DNA of 26,404 nucleotides from the IMG/VR virus record IMGVR_UViG_3300044475_000016, positions 1-26,404 of that record. The stretch is one strand, 5' to 3'. Under the pieces are notes generated by a model, which saw only the letters and a list, made by a program, of their open reading frames with translations, was not told the DNA's origin and did not search any database. This DNA comes from a virus. Taxonomy: Duplodnaviria > Caudoviricetes. The translations under genes were made by a program, and so were the position numbers. Shown one piece after another: positions 8,310-16,307 of the stretch (position 1 is the first letter of the stretch; each line of letters opens with the position of its first letter).

Positions 8310-9218
8310 TTAAAAGTCTGGTGTCTTTACATCGTCCCGAACGCCCTTAAAGCGGGGCTCGCGCAGCAGTCCGTCGCTGCTCCACTCCGTAGCCTCTACC
8401 TCAATGAGCCTTCCCACAAGCTGTCCGGGGTCTGCCTGCTGGGCATGCGTCAGACCGCTACCTACCTTGAGGTACTTGTTATCCTTGAATCGGCATACGA
8501 GTGCAGCCGTCTGCCGACCCGTCTTCTCACCCACGTCCAACTCAAAATCAATGACGCGAAGCGTGAAGCTAAGGTGCGGCTTAACTTTGATAAGCTGCCC
8601 GAGCTTGGCGTCCCCAAGTTCCCATGCCGCCGCGGGGTCGCGGAGGATCGCGCCGTCGAAGTGGTCGCCTGTTGTGTTCTTCTCATTTACCCACTGGTTA
8701 GCAAGTTGCTGCGGATCGCCATAGCTGCCAGGATTGTACGTCGCTGCCTCGATAAGATGAGGCGACTGCGCCGTGTGAAGCGCGGCGCACAAGTGCTTAA
8801 AGCGGGTGGCGTAGGTTGCGCCGTCCGGCTGCTTGTTGACAAAGCACGCGGACGAGACAACGTCGTACACCACAAACTGCAGTTCCGGCGCTGGCTCATG
8901 CTGTCGGAACTTTCCGCTGATGGTAGCGAAGTCCGTGCCCGGCATCCATGCCTCGCCAAACACCGTCCAGCCAGGGCCGAAGGCTCGCGCCACTGCGTCG
9001 ATGAGGTGCTGGACGGACTTTACCTGCTTGCCAGTACGACTGAACGCAGCGGTACGTCCAGGCACGTTGGGCTCGGAGTGCACAATAAGCTGGCAGCCAT
9101 CGTACTTCTTTTGCAGCGCATGCGTGAGCGCTAGCTTGCGGTAGTCAGGGTGCACCTTCTTGAACTGCGCAGCCTGCTTGTCGAGCGGCAGTGCGCGCTG
9201 ATTAATGTAGTCGGGCAA
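8310..9218 (-). CDS. ATP-dependent DNA ligase
   Basis: KYDG adenylation motif, FSRTGK, DGAILRD, KVKP, LREPRFKGVRDD. Probable TTG start at 9218 with AAGGAA RBS; the upstream extension in the ORF track overlaps another gene. Confidence 0.94.
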   Translation of the reverse strand: MPDYINQRALPLDKQAAQFKKVHPDYRKLALTHALQKKYDGCQLIVHSEPNVPGRTAAFSRTGKQVKSVQHLIDAVARAFGPGWTVFGEAWMPGTDFATISGKFRQHEPAPELQFVVYDVVSSACFVNKQPDGATYATRFKHLCAALHTAQSPHLIEAATYNPGSYGDPQQLANQWVNEKNTTGDHFDGAILRDPAAAWELGDAKLGQLIKVKPHLSFTLRVIDFELDVGEKTGRQTAALVCRFKDNKYLKVGSGLTHAQQADPGQLVGRLIEVEATEWSSDGLLREPRFKGVRDDVKTPDF

Positions 9219-9444
9219 AGTGCTTCCTTGTGTTGTCGAGGCACTGCTCAATGATAAAGTGAGCGTCCTCAAAGTGGGTGTCGGCCTCCAGGCGCTCAGC
9301 AAGCTGGGCGTAGAGGTCAGCCTTGGCCTCGTCGCAGTAGTCGAACACAAGGTTAACGCACTCCGACAGCGCGTCAATGCGATCTTCTACTGGGTAGCCG
9401 TAGATAAGCGTAGCCAGTACGTACGCTGTGCCCATGCTGGTCAT
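9202..9444 (-). CDS. Hypothetical protein
   Basis: MTSMGTAYVLATL... (80 aa), coupled by ATGA overlap to the upstream small ORF. Confidence 0.7.
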   Translation of the reverse strand: MTSMGTAYVLATLIYGYPVEDRIDALSECVNLVFDYCDEAKADLYAQLAERLEADTHFEDAHFIIEQCLDNTRKHFARLH

Positions 9445-9599
9445 GTTGGTTCTTTCATGCGGCACTCTGCAGCTTCTATTTCTGCCCGCACATTAGCAGC
9501 TAGCTTTTTCCGCAGCTCCTCTGGGTGTCCCTGCTCGGTGGATACCACGAGTTGCATCATGGCCCGGAAAAGCGGGTGCTCTAATCGTTCCGCGTTCAT
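9441..9599 (-). CDS. Hypothetical 52-aa protein (not in ORF track)
   Basis: MNAERLEHPLFRAMMQLVVSTEQGHPEELRKKLAANVRAEIEAAECRMKEPT. AAGGAA RBS and ATGA overlaps at both ends. Confidence 0.75.
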   Translation of the reverse strand: MNAERLEHPLFRAMMQLVVSTEQGHPEELRKKLAANVRAEIEAAECRMKEPT

Positions 9600-9793
9600 G
9601 CTGGTTCCTTCTGCAAGCGCGCCTTGAGCTTGCGCTCGTTGTAATCCATTGCCCGCATCTTGTCCTTGGGCGGCACGTTGTACGCAAACGCCATAGACAC
9701 AACGCGCTTAGGCGCGCCCGCAGGTTGCGGGTGCAGCTCAAGCTGGCTACTGATAAGCTCCTGTCGTGCGTCTATGTAAGTGTGGGTAATCAT
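9596..9793 (-). CDS. Hypothetical protein
   Basis: MITHTYIDARQELIS... (65 aa). ATGA overlap with the upstream gene gives start 9793. Confidence 0.7.
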   Translation of the reverse strand: MITHTYIDARQELISSQLELHPQPAGAPKRVVSMAFAYNVPPKDKMRAMDYNERKLKARLQKEPA

Positions 9794-10359
9794 GTCTTGA
9801 CTTTCTCCTGCTCTCGCAGGTACAGGTCGAGCTTGGCCAGTGCGTTCCACGCTTCGTGCGCAAGGTGCAGCTTCTCGCTGTCGGGGTCAACCTGCTCGCC
9901 AATTGCACGCTTGAGTGCATGGCGGTAGTCAGCGTCCGCGTAGCGCTCCTGTCCGTTTGGCACAGTAACCCAGCCGCCCGGCGTGTACTTGGCTGCGCCG
10001 AATGTGGCAATCTCGGACACCGCCCAGACAGCGCGGGCCATACCCTCGATGATGAGGCTAGGCCGCACCTTGCCTGCGTCGAGCTTAGCGCCAGGGCTGT
10101 GCGGGTCTTTACCTGACGGGTCTGCTTCGCCTGTTTCCACAAGCTGTAACTTGTCTACGCGGTGTGTGCCTTTATTGACCCTTCCTGGAAACTCGGCTAG
10201 CGCTACTCCAGCGTACTCGGATTCCGATCTGTCCCCAACCCCGTGGACGAAAGCCCCGGCTGGCACTACGTGAGTCACTGTGCCAATGTCCCCAATCTCC
10301 ATACCCAGATGCCTGTTGCCAGCTACACGACGTACTTTATCTCCAACTTTGAATTCCAT
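9790..10359 (-). CDS. dATP/dGTP diphosphohydrolase-domain (DUF5664-like) protein with an N-terminal SH3/KOW-like module
   Basis: GAKLDAGKVRPSLI...FGAAKY..GGW...RY.DA..RH....GE..DPDS..LHLAH.AWN motif string. N-terminus FKVGDKVR...GDIGTV. Confidence 0.8.
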   Translation of the reverse strand: MEFKVGDKVRRVAGNRHLGMEIGDIGTVTHVVPAGAFVHGVGDRSESEYAGVALAEFPGRVNKGTHRVDKLQLVETGEADPSGKDPHSPGAKLDAGKVRPSLIIEGMARAVWAVSEIATFGAAKYTPGGWVTVPNGQERYADADYRHALKRAIGEQVDPDSEKLHLAHEAWNALAKLDLYLREQEKVKT

Positions 10360-10368
10360 ATGCTTTCC

Positions 10369-11148
10369 TTAGTTCGCTAGCAGCACGCGCCGCTTGCTCT
10401 TACTGTTGATAACGTAGCGGTCACGCGACCAGCCGCCGCACCCATTGCACAGGTATCTATTGTACTGCCCAACGTTTGTGTATGAGTAGCCGTGCTGGTG
10501 AATGTCCTCGCTGCCACACTTGGGGCAGGCGATCTCCTCGTCTGCTGTAAACACCGCCACGTTAGGGTGGCCGCTTGCCCACGGGCGCAGCTTGAGGTAC
10601 ACATGCTCCATGCTCAGCACATCGGGGATGTTGTAGCGCCGCATAGCATCCCATGCCTTGGCGTTGTCCTTCAAGCATTCCGCCCACAGCTCAAAGCCGG
10701 GGAAGTCCTTGTGCTTAGACTTAGGCACATCGGATAGGTACGTGCTCAGCCACTCCAGCTTGTTCGATGTGAACGCCGCAACCTGCCGCGCCTGCAGCAT
10801 CGTGTCAATGATGCCGACTGGGCTGGGTGGGTTGTAGCCTTCAAGGATCAAGCGTGCCTGAATCTTACGCTTGTCGAAGCGCTTACCGTTCTGCGCAATG
10901 AGAAAGTCATACTCGTGCATGATTTCCCACAGGCGGTCAAGCAGCGGCTTGTCGTTCATGGGCTCACCTCTGGTGTCCATGTACTCAAGCTGTGACTTAG
11001 GTGCGCCCAGCGGCTTGAAGCAGAATGACAGGATGGCCCACTCGCGCTTGATCTGATTGAGGCCCACGGTCTGGTCGAACAAGGCCCACACGTAAGCCTC
11101 AAGCGGCGCTGTCTCAATGTCGATTAGTCCGATCTTAGCTTGCGTCAA
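10369..11148 (-). CDS. RNase H-like (DEDD) 3'-5' exonuclease with C-terminal zinc ribbon
   Basis: IDIETAP, AQNGKRFD, IDT, SNKLEWL, YNIPDV; CPKCGS...CNGCG. TTG start with AAGGAAA RBS. Confidence 0.88.
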   Translation of the reverse strand: MTQAKIGLIDIETAPLEAYVWALFDQTVGLNQIKREWAILSFCFKPLGAPKSQLEYMDTRGEPMNDKPLLDRLWEIMHEYDFLIAQNGKRFDKRKIQARLILEGYNPPSPVGIIDTMLQARQVAAFTSNKLEWLSTYLSDVPKSKHKDFPGFELWAECLKDNAKAWDAMRRYNIPDVLSMEHVYLKLRPWASGHPNVAVFTADEEIACPKCGSEDIHQHGYSYTNVGQYNRYLCNGCGGWSRDRYVINSKSKRRVLLAN

Positions 11149-11524
11149 TTGCTTTCCTTCTCTGTCGTGAGGCTTTCGCCAGTTTCTTTGTGCGCTCCAC
11201 TTTCTGCTCGACAGTGCGGTGCGTGTGGTGCAGCGGCTTGTCAGCGTACTGCGCCATCAGGTACGCCTGCACGTTGGCAAGCCAGCGCCAGAGGCGTGCG
11301 CCTGTCAGGTGATTGCGTGCGCGGTTGTTCTCGATGTGCCCAAGCATGGCATTACAGCCACGATGCAGCACAGCCCGCACATGCCCGGACTTGTGGTCGT
11401 GGTCTAGCACGTCCTCGCCGTCTGCGATCACCTCGCCGCACAGCACACATCGCCCGCCTTGCGCAGCAAGCAGCGCCTCGCGGTATTCCTTAACCTTGGA
11501 CGCTGAGAGCTTCACGCTTTGCAT
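11135..11524 (-). CDS. Endonuclease VII (Holliday junction resolvase)
   Basis: QGGRCVLCG...VLDHDHKSGHVRAVLHRGCNAMLG. Start at ATG 11524 (AAGGA RBS). Confidence 0.93.
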   Translation of the reverse strand: MQSVKLSASKVKEYREALLAAQGGRCVLCGEVIADGEDVLDHDHKSGHVRAVLHRGCNAMLGHIENNRARNHLTGARLWRWLANVQAYLMAQYADKPLHHTHRTVEQKVERTKKLAKASRQRRKAIDAS

Positions 11525-12443
11525 CTTCGATCCTTTGCTTAATGTCGTTGACCGCAGCGAGCAGCTTAGGCGCCGTTGGGAGGATAGTGAACACATCGTC
11601 CTCAGTGGCGCCGTGATCGCCCCGCAGCCACAGTAGGAGCGCCTGCTCCGCTAGCGCGGCCTCTGCCTTGTCGCCGTAGTAGCTACGGTACAGGCTGATT
11701 ACTTCGGCGTACGCCTCCTCGTTGCTGGTGCAGTACGACAGGAACTTAGCCGCAGTCTTGTCAGCGATCTTCTGCTCCTTGCCGTTAGCATCCACGTAGC
11801 GGGGCAGCCCTGGGATGTTGTCCGCGGTGTCACCTTGCAGACACTGCAGCCAGAACCAGTGCGGCCCGTAGACCAGCCCATTATCTGTCAGGCTAAACAC
11901 GTCCCGCGCTAGGTAAGTCATGCCGTGTTCCTGCCACTCGATATGCCAGCCCGGAAGCATGCGCATGTCCTTGTCGCGGGTAGCAATGACCACTAGGTCA
12001 GGGTCTGCAGCCTGCCTTGACACAAACGCCATGCCATCGTCGGCTTCTCTCGCACCCCACACCTTCGCTTGTAGCGTCGGCTGGTTCAGGTCGAGCAGCA
12101 CCTCTCGCAGATACGCGTGGTTGCGCGGCTTGCGCCCGCTGCTGCGTTGTCCTTGGTAGGGCTTGATCGTAGCGATGATGAATCGGTTAGCCTTGTGCGA
12201 TCCGTCCGCAGTCAGGTGCACCACAACGCGCTCGCTGCCGCTGTCAACACGCATGCTCTCGATCTTGCCCAGTGCGTTTGTGCGGCTAGTCTGCACGCTG
12301 GTGCTATCGTTGCCGCCTGCCCAGTACGCTAGGTAGTCGCCGTCCACATGCAGCACACGCCCCGGCACGGTGGCCGGAGCTTCTGGCCGCGTCATCGGGG
12401 CAGCATCGGATGCGGCTGCCACCGCCTGTTGCAGCCAGTCCAT
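11490..12443 (-). CDS. 5'-3' exonuclease
   Basis: HVDGDYLAY, KPYQGQR, READDG, RDKDMRMLPG, GDTADNIPGL. Confidence 0.93.
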   Translation of the reverse strand: MDWLQQAVAAASDAAPMTRPEAPATVPGRVLHVDGDYLAYWAGGNDSTSVQTSRTNALGKIESMRVDSGSERVVVHLTADGSHKANRFIIATIKPYQGQRSSGRKPRNHAYLREVLLDLNQPTLQAKVWGAREADDGMAFVSRQAADPDLVVIATRDKDMRMLPGWHIEWQEHGMTYLARDVFSLTDNGLVYGPHWFWLQCLQGDTADNIPGLPRYVDANGKEQKIADKTAAKFLSYCTSNEEAYAEVISLYRSYYGDKAEAALAEQALLLWLRGDHGATEDDVFTILPTAPKLLAAVNDIKQRIEDAKREALSVQG

Positions 12444-12592
12444 TAGTTACTCAACCCATCGCGCATCTTGCCCACAGCCTCTGTAGCTTTGTCGAGACCA
12501 GAGCCAATCGCCATACCAACGCACATTACCAGACAGCCAGTGAGTGCCAAGGGCGCGCCAATACAAACACGTACAAACTTGATGATCTTCAT
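12443..12592 (-). CDS. 49-aa single-pass membrane protein (not in ORF track)
   Basis: MKIIKFVRVCIGAPLALTGCLVMCVGMAIGSGLDKATEAVGKMRDGLSN. TAAGGAG RBS and TAATG overlap with the exonuclease start. Confidence 0.75.
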   Translation of the reverse strand: MKIIKFVRVCIGAPLALTGCLVMCVGMAIGSGLDKATEAVGKMRDGLSN

Positions 12593-12601
12593 GTGTGCTC
12601 C

Positions 12602-13438
12602 TTAGTTGAGGCCCGCCAAGGGGTCTGCCAGCCCCGTGGAGGCCGACGGATTCAGGGGCTGAGGGGTAGCCCCCACTGAGGGATCATCGGGGTTTGTAGG
12701 GGCTTTGCCGCCACCCAGCTCCAGGCCCGAGGTGGTGCCGCTGGAAAGCAGGACGTGGATGGGCGAGCCTTGGAAGTTCACCGCAGCCTTGATCTCATTC
12801 TGGATCACGTTCTTGCTCTTGCCATCGTCGTACGCACCGTCGATGTAGATGCTATCCCACATCTCCTTAGATGGGTAGTCCCACAGGAACAGACCCAGCT
12901 TGGTGATAGGCGGATCGACAGGGATGGGCGTAGTCGTCTCGGTCAGCGCGTCGTACTGCTGAGGTGGCTGAATGCTGTAGCCTGCTGCGCCCTTGAGCGT
13001 GGCGTACTTGACCTTGCCTGCCTCGTCCTTCTTGTGGTGAATGGTGACAAGGTATGCCTCGCCCAGCAACTCCGCGATGTGCTTGGCCTTGCCTGCCCAG
13101 TTCATCTGCTTGAAGATTTTGTAGAACCACGCCTTCTCGTTCAGGCTGTAGCTCACGTCAATGCTGATGCGCATCGGGATCGGGCCGTTGTCCGTAACCT
13201 TGGGGGCGTACTTACCACCGCTCAGTTCAAACACGAGGCGCACGCCGGGCTTAACAACATCGGGCTTGCCTGGAATGCTGATCGTCTGGTCGCCCAGCTC
13301 GTAGTAGCCAATGAAGCGGGCACGGGCAGGGCCCTCGGGTGGCGGGGTGTACGTGCCGTCGCCGCCCTTTTGTGCGACGTTCATGTCCGGCGTAGTGGTT
13401 GACGCTTGGGCGATGGCTGCTTTGATATCGAATGTCAT
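12602..13438 (-). CDS. Conserved replication-module protein (phiKMV-type gene between polymerase and exonuclease; possibly ssDNA-binding)
   Basis: Start ATG 13438 (TAAGGAA RBS). PPPEGPARARFIGYYELG, SLNEKAWFYKIFKQMN, FLWDYPSKEMWDSIYIDG, IKAAVNFQGS; acidic/Pro-rich tail. Confidence 0.7.
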   Translation of the reverse strand: MTFDIKAAIAQASTTTPDMNVAQKGGDGTYTPPPEGPARARFIGYYELGDQTISIPGKPDVVKPGVRLVFELSGGKYAPKVTDNGPIPMRISIDVSYSLNEKAWFYKIFKQMNWAGKAKHIAELLGEAYLVTIHHKKDEAGKVKYATLKGAAGYSIQPPQQYDALTETTTPIPVDPPITKLGLFLWDYPSKEMWDSIYIDGAYDDGKSKNVIQNEIKAAVNFQGSPIHVLLSSGTTSGLELGGGKAPTNPDDPSVGATPQPLNPSASTGLADPLAGLN

Positions 13439-13445
13439 AGGTTCC

Positions 13446-15884
13446 TTAGTTAAAAGATGGTACGTGGTTGTTGATATACAGGGAACGCAGCTCGCTGCGC
13501 AGCTCAGGCATGCCGTTAAGCAAACCATCGACGGGCTTTTCTTCGCCCATGTTTGCACCGATCATGGTGTCGCTAGGTACAGGCAGTGGCAGGGGCCAGC
13601 CGAACCACCACTCCATTAGGGTGCTTGCCTCCAGCATGCAGGCATGCAGCAACTGCGCAGCGCGCAGCTTAACGCTTTCGTGTGCGTCAACGTACTGCGC
13701 ATCGTGCACGGTGTTGACCAACAGGGCCAGCCCTCCGAAGTTACGCTCGCGGTAGAAGCGGCGCACAGCCAGCCACATCGCGGCCTTCATCCACTCCGCG
13801 CCTGTGCCCTGCACTTCGTAGTTCTTAATCTCAGTGGGGCTGAACGATGCGCGCACGCCCCGCTTGACCATGAACTCCGGTGCCGGTGATTCCAGGTACG
13901 TGTAGCGCTTGCCATCTGGTGTGCACACCCGGCTTATGCCAAGCTGGCACATGACCGCAGGCATCTTGGGGTGTGGCACCATGCGGTTAGTGGGCATACG
14001 GTTGGCCGTAATCTCCTTGGCCCGTGCCTCGAAGTACGATTCAGTCTCTGGATAGCGCAGCTTCTCAGCTTCGATCAGGGCCTCGACTTCCTCCAATGGC
14101 ATGCCTGTGCTGTCCGCAATCTTGTTGGCGCCCGCACCATATGCGCGCTGGAACGAGAATACCTTGGCGCCTGTGCGCTTGTAATCCCACTCCTCAACGG
14201 GCGCGTGGTGCACACCATTGGCGTCAACGTAGCCCTTGCACAGATTGAACACCTCTTGGTAGTCCATGTGCTCTTTGAGCGACAGCCGCATAACGTGCAA
14301 GTCAATGCCCGCCTTCAAGTCCGCGATCAGGTTGCCGCACTTGGTGAGGATAGCTTGAACGTACACCTCCAAGCTAGAGAAGTCCGACTGAATGATGCAG
14401 CCATCAGCGCGGTGCCGCGACACAAACACCTGCTTCACTGCGGACTTGTTGCCCTTCGGGATGTTCTGCAGGTTAGGGTTGCTGGAGCTAAAGCGCCCCG
14501 TCACCGTGCTCGTATGGTTGATGCCGTGATGAATGATGCTGTCATCCTGCACCAGCGTCAGCATACCAACGTGCTCGCCCTTCGTCTCATTCCACCGAAT
14601 GAAGTACGTGCCTAAGTCCTTGTCCATCTTCTTGACAGCAGCCAAGTCTTTCAGGAAAGGAATGTTGCGATTGCCCAGCTCCTCGATAACCTCAGAGGCT
14701 ACCGACCACAGACCCTCGTCGCTGCTTGCCCACTCAGGCTTAGGCTCTGTCACACCTGGGAAGGCGTACTCAAAGTCCCGGCTTGCAGACTTAGGCCGTG
14801 TGCGGTCAGGCACCTTGACCTTCTTGGTCTTGAACTCGCCTGCGTTCTTGCCACCCTTGTAACGCTCACGCTCTGGCGGTTTGTCCGATAGGCCGTCAGG
14901 GTACTGCAGCAATCGGGCCTCATACTCCCCTATCACCATTGTCTTGCCAGAGGTTAGCACGTAGTGTAGTTCGTCCATCTGCGGGCATTCGATTGGCCCA
15001 TCAACCGCCGCGTTGTACTGGTCAACGGGCGCCTCTCCGCCGTTCTCCAGCTTATACACGCGGCGCTGGTACTTGACCTTGCCCCCAAAGATCAACGGGC
15101 TAAGCTGGTGACGGCTCGTCCAGTTAAACTGGAAGGGTAGGTCAGCAGGCAGGTATGTGTTCAGGCGGGCTAGCGCTTCACCCAGACGCTGCTCCAAGTC
15201 CTTAGCAAGCTCCTCGCCCTTGGCTTTATCAACGTACATGCCGTTGAACTCCATCTCCACGGAGGCAACGAGCGAGCCCAGGTTCAGCATGACGCTGCGG
15301 CTCTGGCCCTGCTGCTGCGCACGCTTGAGCTGGCCCAAGAACACTAGCTTGGTGTTGCCAATGTCACCTTCGCGGCGCTGCCCATTAGGCAGGGTCTCGC
15401 CAATCAGGTAGCGCTCGATAAGCTCGGGGTTAATGTCCTGCGTCTGCACGCCAGCTTCCCACAGCGCCTTGACTTCATCCACCTTGAGGTCGCCGCCGTA
15501 GCGCACGGCCAGCTCGTCCAGGCTCAGCATGTGCGATGCCTGCACTTGTCCATCGAGTAGGTACTCCGCGAGCTGCGTGTCCCAGATCAGCCCACCCTGC
15601 TCAACCCACTGCATCCACGCCCCACGCACGGCGGGATCACGCAGCAGGTACAGCATGTCGAACTTTAAGTTCTGCCCAACGATGAACTTGTTGGCAGGCA
15701 CGAGCAGCTTGATGAACCAGCTATGGTCTTGGTGCTCAGCGCTAAAGCGCAGCATCTGCGGCGCAGCGTCGTCCTTGTGCTGCCAACCAGCGTACACAAT
15801 CCAGTTGAGCGGATTGAACGGGTTGGCCTTGCGCTTGAACGATGTGTATGTCGTTGTCTCTAAGTCCACTACGGCGTAGGTCAT
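13446..15884 (-). CDS. Family A DNA polymerase with 3'-5' exonuclease
   Basis: ExoI VDLETT, GQNLKFD, TVTGRFSSSNPNLQNIP, motif A SDFSSLE, motif B RTGAKVFSFQRAYG, motif C NTVHDA. Start ATG 15884 (GGAG RBS, ATGA overlap). Confidence 0.97.
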   Translation of the reverse strand: MTYAVVDLETTTYTSFKRKANPFNPLNWIVYAGWQHKDDAAPQMLRFSAEHQDHSWFIKLLVPANKFIVGQNLKFDMLYLLRDPAVRGAWMQWVEQGGLIWDTQLAEYLLDGQVQASHMLSLDELAVRYGGDLKVDEVKALWEAGVQTQDINPELIERYLIGETLPNGQRREGDIGNTKLVFLGQLKRAQQQGQSRSVMLNLGSLVASVEMEFNGMYVDKAKGEELAKDLEQRLGEALARLNTYLPADLPFQFNWTSRHQLSPLIFGGKVKYQRRVYKLENGGEAPVDQYNAAVDGPIECPQMDELHYVLTSGKTMVIGEYEARLLQYPDGLSDKPPERERYKGGKNAGEFKTKKVKVPDRTRPKSASRDFEYAFPGVTEPKPEWASSDEGLWSVASEVIEELGNRNIPFLKDLAAVKKMDKDLGTYFIRWNETKGEHVGMLTLVQDDSIIHHGINHTSTVTGRFSSSNPNLQNIPKGNKSAVKQVFVSRHRADGCIIQSDFSSLEVYVQAILTKCGNLIADLKAGIDLHVMRLSLKEHMDYQEVFNLCKGYVDANGVHHAPVEEWDYKRTGAKVFSFQRAYGAGANKIADSTGMPLEEVEALIEAEKLRYPETESYFEARAKEITANRMPTNRMVPHPKMPAVMCQLGISRVCTPDGKRYTYLESPAPEFMVKRGVRASFSPTEIKNYEVQGTGAEWMKAAMWLAVRRFYRERNFGGLALLVNTVHDAQYVDAHESVKLRAAQLLHACMLEASTLMEWWFGWPLPLPVPSDTMIGANMGEEKPVDGLLNGMPELRSELRSLYINNHVPSFN

Positions 15885-16258
15885 TCGATGGACTCCCGAA
15901 TGGCGATGAACAACACAGCGCGTTGCTCTTTGTTCGGGAACACACCAACTTTCGCCAGCGCGAACAGCGCAGCAGTCGCAGTCTTCCACCGCTGGTACTC
16001 GGTATCGTCAAGCACAAGGATAACATTGACGTCACCCTTTCGCAGACACCACCGTACCATCGCGTCGTATTCCTTTGAGGAAATCTCCCATCCACAAAGA
16101 GTTAGGCGGTCAATGTCGTCCTTAGTACCCCGTACTACGAAGTCTATGTCCTGCGCCTCGCACAGATTAACCGTAGCGCTTCCTGTGAGAAACGCTTGGC
16201 CCTGGGGGAAAGTGGTCAGCACTTCTTGAGTAGCAGCGACTAGTTGCTCTACATTCAT
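15881..16258 (-). CDS. Small Pol-beta-superfamily nucleotidyltransferase-like protein
   Basis: Start ATG 16258 (GAGGGG RBS), 125 aa. AFLTGS...QDIDFVV...GDVNVILV matches hG[GS]-x-DhDh plus a downstream catalytic strand. Confidence 0.72.
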   Translation of the reverse strand: MNVEQLVAATQEVLTTFPQGQAFLTGSATVNLCEAQDIDFVVRGTKDDIDRLTLCGWEISSKEYDAMVRWCLRKGDVNVILVLDDTEYQRWKTATAALFALAKVGVFPNKEQRAVLFIAIRESIE

Positions 16259-16307
16259 AGCTGCGCCCCTCGTTGTGGATGCCCTGGTGGGCGGTAATAC
16301 GAATCTG

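Noticed and set aside
7989-9134. 381-aa plus-strand ORF across RNAP and ligase
   Set aside because: Antisense to two well-supported genes, with no protein motifs.
9790-15884. 2-aminoadenine (Z) genome system
   Set aside because: No PurZ-like adenylosuccinate synthetase or HD-domain dATPase is visible; the diphosphohydrolase domain alone is insufficient.
13446-15884. Intein or intron in the DNA polymerase
   Set aside because: The frame is continuous, of ordinary length, and lacks intein splice motifs or a homing endonuclease.
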